DNA of 56,212 nt from NCBI GenBank assembly GCA_031288355.1, contig JAITRN010000087.1, positions 1 through 56,212 on the forward strand. Direction: 5' to 3'. The position numbers were made by a program, and so were the translations under genes. This DNA comes from Candidatus Opitulatrix roisinitermitis (lineage in GTDB: Bacteria > Actinomycetota > Actinomycetes > Actinomycetales > Bifidobacteriaceae). Positions 18,796 to 27,112 of the stretch are shown in pieces. The stretch's first letter is position 1; the number at the start of each line of letters is the position of its first letter. The notes below the pieces were generated by a model. That model did not search any database, had not been told where the DNA came from, and saw only the letters and a program-made list of their open reading frames with translations.

Positions 18796-18982
18796 GGCAA
18801 AAAATCAATTTTGAAGAGTATGACTCGGCCAAGTGCGCAATTCCCCACAAAATTAGAAATTTTGCGGGGGACCCCGCAGCACCTCCGCGCTCGAAAAATT
18901 GCTATTTTTTGTGAAAACTACAGAATTTTTAATTTAACAATTAAGTAATAATTTTTTGGAACAGCGAGCGTTTTTTTTTTTT
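18748..18982 (+). repeat. long imperfect inverted repeat (arms ~44-48 nt) enclosing a 126-nt GC-rich core, followed by a T12 tract; structured RNA leader or MITE-like element
   Basis: 18748-18768 pairs perfectly (21 bp) with 18945-18965, and 18782-18791 pairs perfectly with 18918-18927; the latter helix extends to 12 bp. The core 18792-18917 contains the hairpin CCCCACAAAATT-AGA-AATTTTGCGGGG (18843-18869). That hairpin overlaps a second possible hairpin, GCGGGGGACCCCGC (18864-18877). T12 lies at 18971-18982, 15 nt before the ATG at 18997. Confidence 0.6.
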
Positions 18983-18996
18983 GTAAAAATTTAGGT

Positions 18997-20385
18997 ATGA
19001 GTAATTTTACCAATTTGAAATTAAAGAAAATTAAATTAGAAAAATTAGGAACCTTAGCCATTTTTGCGGTTTTTACAATTACCTCATTTTTAACAGGAAC
19101 TTCGGTTTCTAATGCGGCCGTTTCAGCAGCGGCTTTGCCTATTAGTTTTGGAGGCACAGGCGGCAAAACCCAAAGTGCTGCTTTAACTAATTTAGGAATA
19201 AATAATACAATAGACGAAAATTCTAGCAACAGCACTTTTCCATCAGCCAAAACAGTTTATGCCTATATGAATAAAGTGATGGCTAATTGCGACAATTCTA
19301 CAGGCGACAGCGGCAATATTTCCAGCAACAACACCAATTTTTATAACGCTATTTGCAGCTGGACCGGCGGAGATTTGATTTATAAAGGTTCTGGTCTATC
19401 TACCACAGCAACTAATAATAAAATAAAGGTTGGCGACAAAGCTTGCACCACTTCCGGACAAGGATACATCAGCAATTCAGCAGCCAATGACGGCATACCT
19501 CAAGTAGGCTGCGTTTTGCCTGATTTGCAAGCTGGCACCCATGCTGTGACTATTTCTGTGGATAAAGGCTCGACTTATGCAATTAATGCCGGAAATGTGA
19601 TTTATGCTAAAAATGCTAAATTATCAAATTGCGATACAACTAGTATGCAAACTTTTGGGGCTAATGCCGCAGCTTGCAAAGCATCTATGCAACAAGGGCA
19701 AGTGATTGTTTTAAATGACGCCAGAAATAACCAAAAATATCGGGTCAAAAAAATGCCTGACGGCAATGTTTGGATGATAGACAATTTGAAATTGGGTTCT
19801 ACAACTGACACAACCGTGCTAACTCCTGCTGATACTAATATAGCAGCAAATTACACTTTACCGCAAATAGGCAATTCTACTGTTAATGGTGACCCTAGTG
19901 AACAAACATATTGCTCATCATCAGGTCTTGTAAATACTCATAATCCAGGAAACACAACAGCTTGTGGGTATTCATATGATTGGGATACAGCTATGGCTGG
20001 AACGTCTTCAAATTCAGGTTATTCTATTTCAGCTAAAGGCTGGGGTTTACACCCAAATAGTGGCACAAAATCAGCTTACGCGTTAAGTAATAAAATGTTA
20101 GCTGTGGCAGCTAATTCTAATAGCAATAGAAACCCTGTTTATAGCACCACAGGTTATAAGAATTTTGGTGAAGGAGGCACAAGTTATCCAGCTCCTTGGT
20201 TAGGCGTCTATTCAGGCAACTACTCTGTCTCTGGCGACGCCGGGCGGTATTGGTCAGCTACTGAGTACAACAACATATCCGTATACGTTTCGCGCTACAC
20301 TTCTAACAGTTTCGACCCCCAGTACGGCAGCAGCAGCGGCACCTACACCAAGTCCAACGGTTTTTTTGTTCGATCTGTTCTCTAA
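18997..20385 (+). CDS. secreted protein with a C-terminal FISUMP (Fibrobacter succinogenes major paralogous) domain and a tail-fibre-like N-terminal motif
   Basis: 462 aa with a Sec signal (...FLTGTSVSNA/AVS). LPISFGGTGGKTQSAALTNLG resembles the GGTGA...NLG motif of phage tail fibres. DARNNQKYRVKKMPDGNVWMIDNLK and the C-terminal RYWSATEY...SNGFFVRSV fit the FISUMP / C-type-lectin-like pattern. G+C is clearly above the window average. Confidence 0.65.
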   Translation: MSNFTNLKLKKIKLEKLGTLAIFAVFTITSFLTGTSVSNAAVSAAALPISFGGTGGKTQSAALTNLGINNTIDENSSNSTFPSAKTVYAYMNKVMANCDNSTGDSGNISSNNTNFYNAICSWTGGDLIYKGSGLSTTATNNKIKVGDKACTTSGQGYISNSAANDGIPQVGCVLPDLQAGTHAVTISVDKGSTYAINAGNVIYAKNAKLSNCDTTSMQTFGANAAACKASMQQGQVIVLNDARNNQKYRVKKMPDGNVWMIDNLKLGSTTDTTVLTPADTNIAANYTLPQIGNSTVNGDPSEQTYCSSSGLVNTHNPGNTTACGYSYDWDTAMAGTSSNSGYSISAKGWGLHPNSGTKSAYALSNKMLAVAANSNSNRNPVYSTTGYKNFGEGGTSYPAPWLGVYSGNYSVSGDAGRYWSATEYNNISVYVSRYTSNSFDPQYGSSSGTYTKSNGFFVRSVL

Positions 20386-20391
20386 ACTACA

Positions 20392-20898
20392 TTAACACTT
20401 ATGTTTAGAATTTGCGTTTAAATTAATTCCGCAAAACGCACATAAACCTTTACAATCTTCACTGCAAATAGGACTATAATCAATACTTAAACCAATAGTA
20501 TCGAAAATAATCGGTTCTAAATTTGCTACATTGCCATATAATTTATAAACACCGCAATCGTTGTTTTTATCAATTTCATCTACAAAAAATGCCGTAAATT
20601 GACTTTTTTGCACCTTCTCAGACAAATTTTCTAAACATCTGGAACAGTGGCTAGCCAATTTATAAGAAATATTTCCCTTTAGATAATAACCTAATTTAGC
20701 ATTAGTGGCTGTGAATTCTATTCGAACAGGATATGTTTTATCAAAACTAACCAGACTATTACCAATATCTTCTAAAAATTTATCTTCAATCACAAAATCT
20801 TTATAAGAAGCTTGAGAAAACTGTAAACTATATAAATCAACCGAAAACTTATTATTATACAAAAATTTATTTTTATTTGCGCTATTAAATCTATACAT
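20392..20898 (-). CDS. yceD: YceD/DUF177 family protein (large-subunit rRNA accumulation protein)
   Basis: About 168 aa. It ends with CSEDCKGLCAFCGINLN...HKC, the Cys-rich tail of DUF177. The first codon in the track is TTG (20901); I prefer the ATG at 20898. Confidence 0.75.
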   Translation of the reverse strand: MYRFNSANKNKFLYNNKFSVDLYSLQFSQASYKDFVIEDKFLEDIGNSLVSFDKTYPVRIEFTATNAKLGYYLKGNISYKLASHCSRCLENLSEKVQKSQFTAFFVDEIDKNNDCGVYKLYGNVANLEPIIFDTIGLSIDYSPICSEDCKGLCAFCGINLNANSKHKC

Positions 20899-20934
20899 CA
20901 AACAATGTTAGTAATAAAAAAAATTACTTAAAAA

Positions 20935-21366
20935 TTATTTATGGCCAGACGAGCCAAACCCAGCTTGTCCTCTATCAGTCTCATCTAATTGCTCTTGCCA
21001 TTGAAAATTAGCTAATTCTATCTTTTGAATAACTAGCTGAGCAATTCTAGTTTCTTTTTCTAAAAAAACTTTCTGCTGACTAGCATTATATAAAATTATC
21101 AAAATCTCCCCTCTATAGCCGCTATCAATAGTTCCAGGAGCATTCAAAATGGTCAAACCTTTTTTTAATGCTAAACCAGATCTAGGATGTATAAGCCCAA
21201 CACAGCCATAAGGTATTGCGCCAATTAACCCTGTGGGCACAGCCCTCCAAGAAAATGGCTCTAATTGAACATCTTCCACAGAATACAAATCAGCCCCCGC
21301 ATCCCCGCTATTAACACGTTTTGGCAATTTAGCTAAAGAATGAACTCTTTTAAAAGACACAATCAT
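20935..21366 (-). CDS. dut: dUTP diphosphatase
   Basis: Contains GDAGADLYS, PRSGLALKKG, GTIDSGYRGEI and the C-terminal RGQAGFGSSG. The track start at 21375 is TTG; the ATG at 21366 gives MIVSFKRV. Confidence 0.9.
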   Translation of the reverse strand: MIVSFKRVHSLAKLPKRVNSGDAGADLYSVEDVQLEPFSWRAVPTGLIGAIPYGCVGLIHPRSGLALKKGLTILNAPGTIDSGYRGEILIILYNASQQKVFLEKETRIAQLVIQKIELANFQWQEQLDETDRGQAGFGSSGHK

Positions 21367-21414
21367 ATTAATCAAAAAATCTAAACAATTTTATAATATT
21401 TTTTTTAATTTAAA

Positions 21415-21645
21415 TTAAATACAGTCCTTACAAACTGACAACTCTTTAACTCTTTTGCCCAATTGAGATTTATGTCTAACTAAAAAACATTCAGAACATG
21501 TAAATTCATCCTCTTGCGGCGGCACCAAATCAATATCCACGCTATTTGAGCTAATTTCATCTGTTTGTGTTAAATATTCAGCCGATAAAGGTAAGTCATC
21601 AGTCAAATTAAAATCTGATTTATTAACTTTTTTTGCGCTTTTCAT
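21415..21645 (-). CDS. DUF4193 family protein
   Basis: An acidic N-terminal part is followed by EFTCSECFLVRHKSQL......CKDC, the four-Cys signature of actinobacterial DUF4193 proteins, which are commonly next to dut. The track start at 21657 is GTG; the ATG at 21645 gives MKSAKK. Confidence 0.7.
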   Translation of the reverse strand: MKSAKKVNKSDFNLTDDLPLSAEYLTQTDEISSNSVDIDLVPPQEDEFTCSECFLVRHKSQLGKRVKELSVCKDCI

Positions 21646-21807
21646 ATTCCCATCCACACTATATTTTTCATTACATTACTTACTTCAAGTCTATTGTATT
21701 TTCTAGTCATAAATATAAATTATCATATATAAATTAGATGTCAAGCATTTTACAAATAATATTTAGCAAATTTTTACTTCTTGCGTCTTTTTTACTTTTA
21801 AAACTTG

Positions 21808-21813
21808 TATAAT
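21808..21813 (+). promoter_or_regulatory. candidate -10 box (TGTATAAT) 6 nt upstream of the ligA ATG; implies a leaderless mRNA
   Basis: The sequence reads cttgTATAATtaaaacATG. There is no Shine-Dalgarno sequence. The spacing would place the transcription start on the A of the ATG. Confidence 0.35.
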
Positions 21814-21819
21814 TAAAAC

Positions 21820-24099
21820 ATGTTATATAAAGAATTTAATAAAAAAATTGAAGAACTGCTCTATGCTGCAAAACTTTATTATCATACAAATGAAAATTCT
21901 CCATTATCCGACGAAGAATATGATTTAAAATTAGAATATCTAAAAAAAGAAGTTCAAAAAAATCCCGCTTTAGCAACAGAAAAATACCATAACCTTATAA
22001 ACCAAATTGCCAACAGCACAGAAAATGTTGATGCAGAAATTCACTTTAGTGTTCCTATGCTTTCTTTAGCAAAAGCCAACAATAAACAAGCTGTTGAATC
22101 TTTTTTAGAAAAAACCAAAATCGCGGGGGCGCAAAATGCTGGATGGGCTCTGGAATCAAAATTAGACGGCATAGCTATTGCTTTGAGATACAAAAATGGA
22201 TACCTAAACCAAGTTATAACGCGCTCATCTGGCGAAATTGGCATGGATATAACAAATAATTTATTCGAACTACTAAACAGCGGATACATATATATAAAAG
22301 GACTTCCTCTGCGACTATCAAATAAACTAAAAAACAAAACTATTGAGCTAAGAGGCGAGATATTTATGACATTAGAGCAATTTCAAAAAACTAATATTAT
22401 CCGTTCAAAAGATTCCGAAAATACTTATAACAACCCTAGAAATGCTGTAGCTGGCATTATAAATTCAAAAGTTTCCACACTTATTAACAAAACTGAAAAA
22501 AAACAATTAAAATCAACAAACCAAGGAGCATTATTTTCTATTGATAGTCCGACTGAATCGATCAATAAAAATATTCACGAATTTAAATCCTACGCCACTT
22601 TTTTATGTTATTCTTATATTTCAGATTTTGAACTCGATTTATCTTTCACACAAAATTATGGTTTTTTAAGTGTTTTATATGTAACACGACAAATTTTAAA
22701 TTATGATAAACCTTATTTTGATAATAAAAAAATAATGTCTGATATTAAACTCTACGGAAAAAAATTGATTCGAGATAGCGATTATGGCAAATTCATTGAT
22801 TCTGAAATTGGAAAAATATTTACTGACGGAATAGTGATCAAATGTGTTGATGACAAATTAATTAGCCAAAAACTAGGATTTACTGAACATCACCCAAATT
22901 CCCAAATAGCATATAAATATATGAATGACGAAGATATAGCCACAACATATATTGCGGATATTGAAATTTCAGTAGGCCGAACTGGCAGACTATCTATTCG
23001 CGGCAAACTTTCTCCATCAGTGCACTTATATGGCTCAAAAATTGAATATGCTACTCTACATAATTTTGATTGGCTACAAAAAAAAGATGTTCGAATAGGC
23101 TCCGCGGTTGCTGTTATAAAAGCTAATGATGTGATTCCTTACATAGCCGCCGTTTTAGATAATCCATCAAACACAAAACCTTATAAAATGCTAAACGCTT
23201 GCCCTTTATGCGAAACTCCGCTTGACAAAAAAACCTTGCTTTGGCGTTGTCCAAATAATTTATGCCCTTCACGTGGCATAACAGCCTTAGAAACTGCTGT
23301 AAGCAAAAATTATCTAGATATAGACTCATTATCTAAAAAAACCCTTGAAGCGGTCTATAATTCAGGATTGGTTAAAGACATTGCCGATATTTTTAAACTA
23401 ACTATTGATGATTTAACAAATCTGCCAACTGGCAATACTTATGATTCGGACAAAGGGGTTTATCAAGAAGAAGCATTATTCAACATCGACTGGAGTCCTA
23501 AAATAGGAAAAAACTATCACAGAGCCGGTGAATATATACCATTAGGAAAGACCACTGCTATAACTATATATAATTCTATTCAAAAAGCAAAGAATATTCC
23601 TTTTGACAGACTATTAGCCTCACTTAATATCCCGCTTTTAGGCAAAAAAGTTGGCAAAAGTTTAGTTAAAAAATTTGGCACTATGGATAAATTACTTCTA
23701 GCGACAAAAGAAGAATTAGAAAATGTTGATTTAATTAGTTCTAGAAAGTCTACTGAAATAATAAACGGCCTAAAACTAAGAAAACCTCTTATAAAAAAGC
23801 TTAAAGCAGCTGGCGTAAATATGGGAGTAAATGCTCAAACAAGCTCAAAAACTTCCAAAGACAATATTCTAAATGGCGAAACTATTGTCGTTTCTGGATC
23901 AATACCTAATTACACAAGAGAACAAATCGGCGATTTAATTGAATCACTAGGAGGAAAATATACCACTGCTATTACCAGCAAAACTACTTTATTGATATCT
24001 GAAAAAAACAAGAACTCAAGCAAATTAAAAAAAGCCCAGGAAAATAATACAAAAATTATTGAGCCAAACAAATTTTTAGAACTTATAAAGGTAAATTGA
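21820..24099 (+). CDS. ligA: NAD-dependent DNA ligase
   Basis: 759 aa. It has the adenylation motif ESKLDGIAI, an OB fold, a Zn finger (CPLCETPL...WRCPNNLCP), HhH repeats and a C-terminal BRCT domain (GETIVVSGSI...). Several N/K-rich insertions are present. Confidence 0.9.
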   Translation: MLYKEFNKKIEELLYAAKLYYHTNENSPLSDEEYDLKLEYLKKEVQKNPALATEKYHNLINQIANSTENVDAEIHFSVPMLSLAKANNKQAVESFLEKTKIAGAQNAGWALESKLDGIAIALRYKNGYLNQVITRSSGEIGMDITNNLFELLNSGYIYIKGLPLRLSNKLKNKTIELRGEIFMTLEQFQKTNIIRSKDSENTYNNPRNAVAGIINSKVSTLINKTEKKQLKSTNQGALFSIDSPTESINKNIHEFKSYATFLCYSYISDFELDLSFTQNYGFLSVLYVTRQILNYDKPYFDNKKIMSDIKLYGKKLIRDSDYGKFIDSEIGKIFTDGIVIKCVDDKLISQKLGFTEHHPNSQIAYKYMNDEDIATTYIADIEISVGRTGRLSIRGKLSPSVHLYGSKIEYATLHNFDWLQKKDVRIGSAVAVIKANDVIPYIAAVLDNPSNTKPYKMLNACPLCETPLDKKTLLWRCPNNLCPSRGITALETAVSKNYLDIDSLSKKTLEAVYNSGLVKDIADIFKLTIDDLTNLPTGNTYDSDKGVYQEEALFNIDWSPKIGKNYHRAGEYIPLGKTTAITIYNSIQKAKNIPFDRLLASLNIPLLGKKVGKSLVKKFGTMDKLLLATKEELENVDLISSRKSTEIINGLKLRKPLIKKLKAAGVNMGVNAQTSSKTSKDNILNGETIVVSGSIPNYTREQIGDLIESLGGKYTTAITSKTTLLISEKNKNSSKLKKAQENNTKIIEPNKFLELIKVN

Positions 24100-24788
24100 T
24101 GGAAAACTATAAAGTGATTTTAGCGTCTAAATCAATTGGTAGACTAAAAACACTTAAATCTGCTGGTATAACGCCCTATATTTTATCACCTGAATTAGAC
24201 GAATCTTCAATTATCAAGAAATACGCTCCGAATAAAAAATTAAATGCTAAAAAAACCGTTCTGTTTTTAGCAAAGGCTAAAGGGGAAAAAGCTGTTAAAA
24301 TATTAAACGAAGAACTTGCAAATAATAAAATTGATAAAATGCAGATAAATAATAAAATATCTAATGCTAGAATTTTACTCGCTGGAGATTCGGTTTTTGA
24401 ATTTCGACATAAAGTTTTTGGTAAGCCCGAGAATTATGAAACTGCAAAAAAACATCTAAAATCAATTAGCGGACAAACCGGTAAATTATATTCTGCTATT
24501 TATATTTATGATTTAAAATCTAAAAATTGGCGGTTAGTAGCTAACTATGCAAAAGTCACTATGCATACATTAAGCAATAAAGATATTGAAAATTATCTGT
24601 CAACTAATGAACCTTATTTAGTAGCGGGTGGATTCACTATTGACGGACTAGGCGGCGCTTTTGTTGAAAAAATAAATGGAGACCCACACACTGTTGTGGG
24701 CATGCCTTTAGCTATTTTGCGATTAGAACTAGAAAAAATGAATATTGAATGGTTTAAAATATTAGATAATAATTTTATTAAAAAATAA
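24099..24788 (+). CDS. maf: Maf-like nucleoside triphosphate pyrophosphatase
   Basis: Contains ILASKS..R...L...GI, LAGDSV.....K..GKP and GGFTIDGLGGAFVEKINGDPHTVVGMPL. The track start at 24096 is TTG; the ATG at 24099 overlaps the ligA TGA by 1 nt. Confidence 0.8.
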   Translation: MENYKVILASKSIGRLKTLKSAGITPYILSPELDESSIIKKYAPNKKLNAKKTVLFLAKAKGEKAVKILNEELANNKIDKMQINNKISNARILLAGDSVFEFRHKVFGKPENYETAKKHLKSISGQTGKLYSAIYIYDLKSKNWRLVANYAKVTMHTLSNKDIENYLSTNEPYLVAGGFTIDGLGGAFVEKINGDPHTVVGMPLAILRLELEKMNIEWFKILDNNFIKK

Positions 24789-24789
24789 T

Positions 24790-26448
24790 TTACATTCTTT
24801 CAGGAGCGCTAACTCCCAAAAGAGATAAAGCATTTTTCAAAATTTGAGCTGTAGCATTATTCAAAGCCAATCTAGCAATATGCTCAACCTGTATTTCAGA
24901 TTTTGTGTTAGGCAAAATACGTAAACTAGAATAAAATGTATGATATTTTCGAGCCAAATCTTCTAAATATCTTGCAACTTTATGTATTTCATAACTTCGA
25001 GCAGACGCTTCAAGCATTGCCGGATATAGCGCTAAAGTGGTTAGCAAATCTTTTTCAACAGTTTTCTGCAAAACCGACAAATCAGCTTTTTTTGTTAACA
25101 CTTTCTCAGATAACGCTTTATCCAACATATAAGCATTTTTCATAACATTACAACATCTAGCATAAGCATATTGGACATAATAAACCGGATTTTCATTAGT
25201 GTGAAGCGTAATCAGATCTAAATCAAGATCTATTGGCGTATTAACCGAAGATCTAATTAAAGAATATCTGGCAGCGTCAACACCGACAACTTTTATTAAA
25301 TCATCCAAAGTTATAATATTTCCAGCCCTTTTAGAAAGTTTTATAATTTTTTTGTCTTTAATAATATTAACAAACTGCCCTATAAGAAATTTAATATTTT
25401 CTTTAGTGTCGCCATAAGCCTGTGCAACAGCCTGAAGTCGTTTAATATAACCATGATGATCAATTCCAAGCATATATACGCAAGTTTTAAAACCCCTATC
25501 TCTTTTATTTTTATAATACGCAACATCAGCTGCAAAATAGGTCCATTCACCAGTAGATTTTTGCAAAACTCTGTCTTTGTCATCACCAAACTCTGATGTT
25601 TTTAACCACAAAGCTGAATCTTTTTGATAAACAAAACCTCGAGCAGTTAATTCATTTACAGCTTTTACAACTTGGCCTGTTTTATATAAACTATTTTCGT
25701 GAAAAAATATATCAAAATTTGTGCCAAAAGTTTGCAAAGATTGTTTAATCTGACTAAACATTAACTTTACAGCTTTAGTCTTAAGCTGTTCATAAATCTC
25801 ATTTTTAGATCTATTTTCCAATTCTGGCATTAATTTATCTGCTAAATCTTTAATATATTCTCCATCATAGCCGTCTTCTTGCAAAGCGGTTCCATAATAT
25901 TTAGCAATTATTGAATTGACGAAATTATCAATTTGCGCTCCATGATCGTTAAAATAATATTCCTTTATCACCTTAGCACCTTGAGAAAGAAGCAAATTAC
26001 CTAGTGAATCACCAACTGCTGCCCATCTAGTGCCGCCTATATGTATAGGACCTGTTGGATTTGCTGAAACAAATTCTAAATTAATATTTTCATTTTTCAA
26101 AAATTGACTTTTACCAAAATTTTGTTTTTCACGCAAAATATTTTCCACAACACTGCTTCTGGCCTGTCTTTTTAAAATAATATTCAAAAACCCTGGACCA
26201 GCAACATCAATTTTTTCTATTTTTTCATTATCTAACATTTTTTTAACAAAAATGTCCGCTAAATTTTTAGCACTGACATTAAACTGTTTAGCATATATTA
26301 AAGCAACATTAGTAGACCAATCACCATATATTTCTAACTTCGGTTTTTCAACTGCTAATTTTTTATTATTTTTCAAATCTATATTATTCTGTTTAGCTAA
26401 AACTAATAATATATTTTTAATATAGGCCAATAACTCTTCTGGCTGCAT
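24790..26448 (-). CDS. argS: arginyl-tRNA synthetase
   Basis: 552 aa. It has SANPTGPIHIGG (the HIGH region) and a C-terminal anticodon-binding domain ending in M. Its ATG directly follows the gmk stop. Confidence 0.95.
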   Translation of the reverse strand: MQPEELLAYIKNILLVLAKQNNIDLKNNKKLAVEKPKLEIYGDWSTNVALIYAKQFNVSAKNLADIFVKKMLDNEKIEKIDVAGPGFLNIILKRQARSSVVENILREKQNFGKSQFLKNENINLEFVSANPTGPIHIGGTRWAAVGDSLGNLLLSQGAKVIKEYYFNDHGAQIDNFVNSIIAKYYGTALQEDGYDGEYIKDLADKLMPELENRSKNEIYEQLKTKAVKLMFSQIKQSLQTFGTNFDIFFHENSLYKTGQVVKAVNELTARGFVYQKDSALWLKTSEFGDDKDRVLQKSTGEWTYFAADVAYYKNKRDRGFKTCVYMLGIDHHGYIKRLQAVAQAYGDTKENIKFLIGQFVNIIKDKKIIKLSKRAGNIITLDDLIKVVGVDAARYSLIRSSVNTPIDLDLDLITLHTNENPVYYVQYAYARCCNVMKNAYMLDKALSEKVLTKKADLSVLQKTVEKDLLTTLALYPAMLEASARSYEIHKVARYLEDLARKYHTFYSSLRILPNTKSEIQVEHIARLALNNATAQILKNALSLLGVSAPERM

Positions 26449-27069
26449 TTATTTTAGGTCCATAAGTTTAACAATTTTTTCAACAGCAACAGATAATTGA
26501 TCATTAACAACTATATAATCAAATTCTCCATTTGCAGTCATTTCCACTTTTGCTGTTTCCAATCTGCGAAGCTGCTCATCAAAATCTTCAGTGGCCCGAA
26601 TCTTTTGCCTTTGAACAAGCGTATCGAAATCAGGCGGGGCCAAAAATATAAAACGAGAATTCGGCAAAAGTCTTCTAATAGCTCTCGCACCTTGTAAATC
26701 AATTTCTAAAAGAACTTTTTTGCCTTCTTTAACCGCTTTTAAAACAGGCTCTAACGCGGTGCCATAATAATATTGATTATGAACTTTTGCCCATTCTAAA
26801 AATTCATTATTTTTTATCAAATCAAAAAAAGTCTCTTTTGAAACATTTTTATAATGGACTCCTTCAATTTCACCAGATCTCAATTCTCTATTAGTGTATG
26901 AAATACTAACAAAAACATCTTTATATTTTTCTCTTATGGCCGAGGAAATAGATCCTTTTCCAACAGCCGTTGGCCCTGCTAAAACAGTTATTCTATTATT
27001 TTTTTGTAGATTATCTAATTGCTTGATTTTATTACTTTTTTTTGGATTTACTAAATTATTTTTTGCCAT
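26449..27069 (-). CDS. gmk: guanylate kinase
   Basis: Contains a P-loop (GPTAVGKGS), then YTNRELRSGEIEGVHY and EIDLQGA. Confidence 0.9.
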   Translation of the reverse strand: MAKNNLVNPKKSNKIKQLDNLQKNNRITVLAGPTAVGKGSISSAIREKYKDVFVSISYTNRELRSGEIEGVHYKNVSKETFFDLIKNNEFLEWAKVHNQYYYGTALEPVLKAVKEGKKVLLEIDLQGARAIRRLLPNSRFIFLAPPDFDTLVQRQKIRATEDFDEQLRRLETAKVEMTANGEFDYIVVNDQLSVAVEKIVKLMDLK

Positions 27070-27112
27070 TTATAACTCTTCCTTATTCTTTATTAATTCA
27101 TCATAAAAAATT

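Noticed and set aside
18820-18895. Resemblance of the GC-rich core to the c-di-AMP (ydaO-type) riboswitch. Strings such as GCGGGGGACCC and CCGCAGC-ACCUC-GCG recall conserved segments as I remember them.
   Set aside because: Only short patches match my memory of the consensus. The characteristic second half (ACGGGGUGAAUC...CCGA...CAGCUAACCUCGUAAGCG) and the pseudo-twofold architecture are not evident, and the element is too short between the patches. An Infernal scan is needed before any such call.
18820-18948. 42-codon ORF (MTRPSAQFPTKLEILRGTPQHLRARKIAIFCENYRIFNLTIK) inside the GC-rich core of the inverted-repeat element.
   Set aside because: The ATG sits 1 nt after a GAAGAG, which is too close for a Shine-Dalgarno sequence. 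The ORF runs into the repeat arm. The GC-rich codons could equally reflect RNA structure or a fragment of foreign DNA. I keep it only as an alternative explanation for the GC-rich core.
18918-19250. 110-aa minus-strand ORF overlapping the start of the FISUMP gene and the right inverted-repeat arm.
   Set aside because: It is antisense to a gene with a clear signal peptide and domain. Its own product has no features, and its 3' part is the repeat arm.
18997-20385. A complete diversity-generating retroelement around the FISUMP gene.
   Set aside because: I could find no second copy of the putative variable region, no reverse transcriptase and no Avd-like ORF anywhere in the 56 kb. The gene is followed 6 nt later by convergent yceD, which leaves no room for an IMH/hairpin. 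Only the codon and GC anomaly is retained as a finding.
16589-20391. Prophage or integrative element with intact mobility genes next to tRNA-Ala.
   Set aside because: No integrase, recombinase, transposase, or phage structural or replication gene can be read in any frame. Only a TA pair, a pseudogene and repeats are present.
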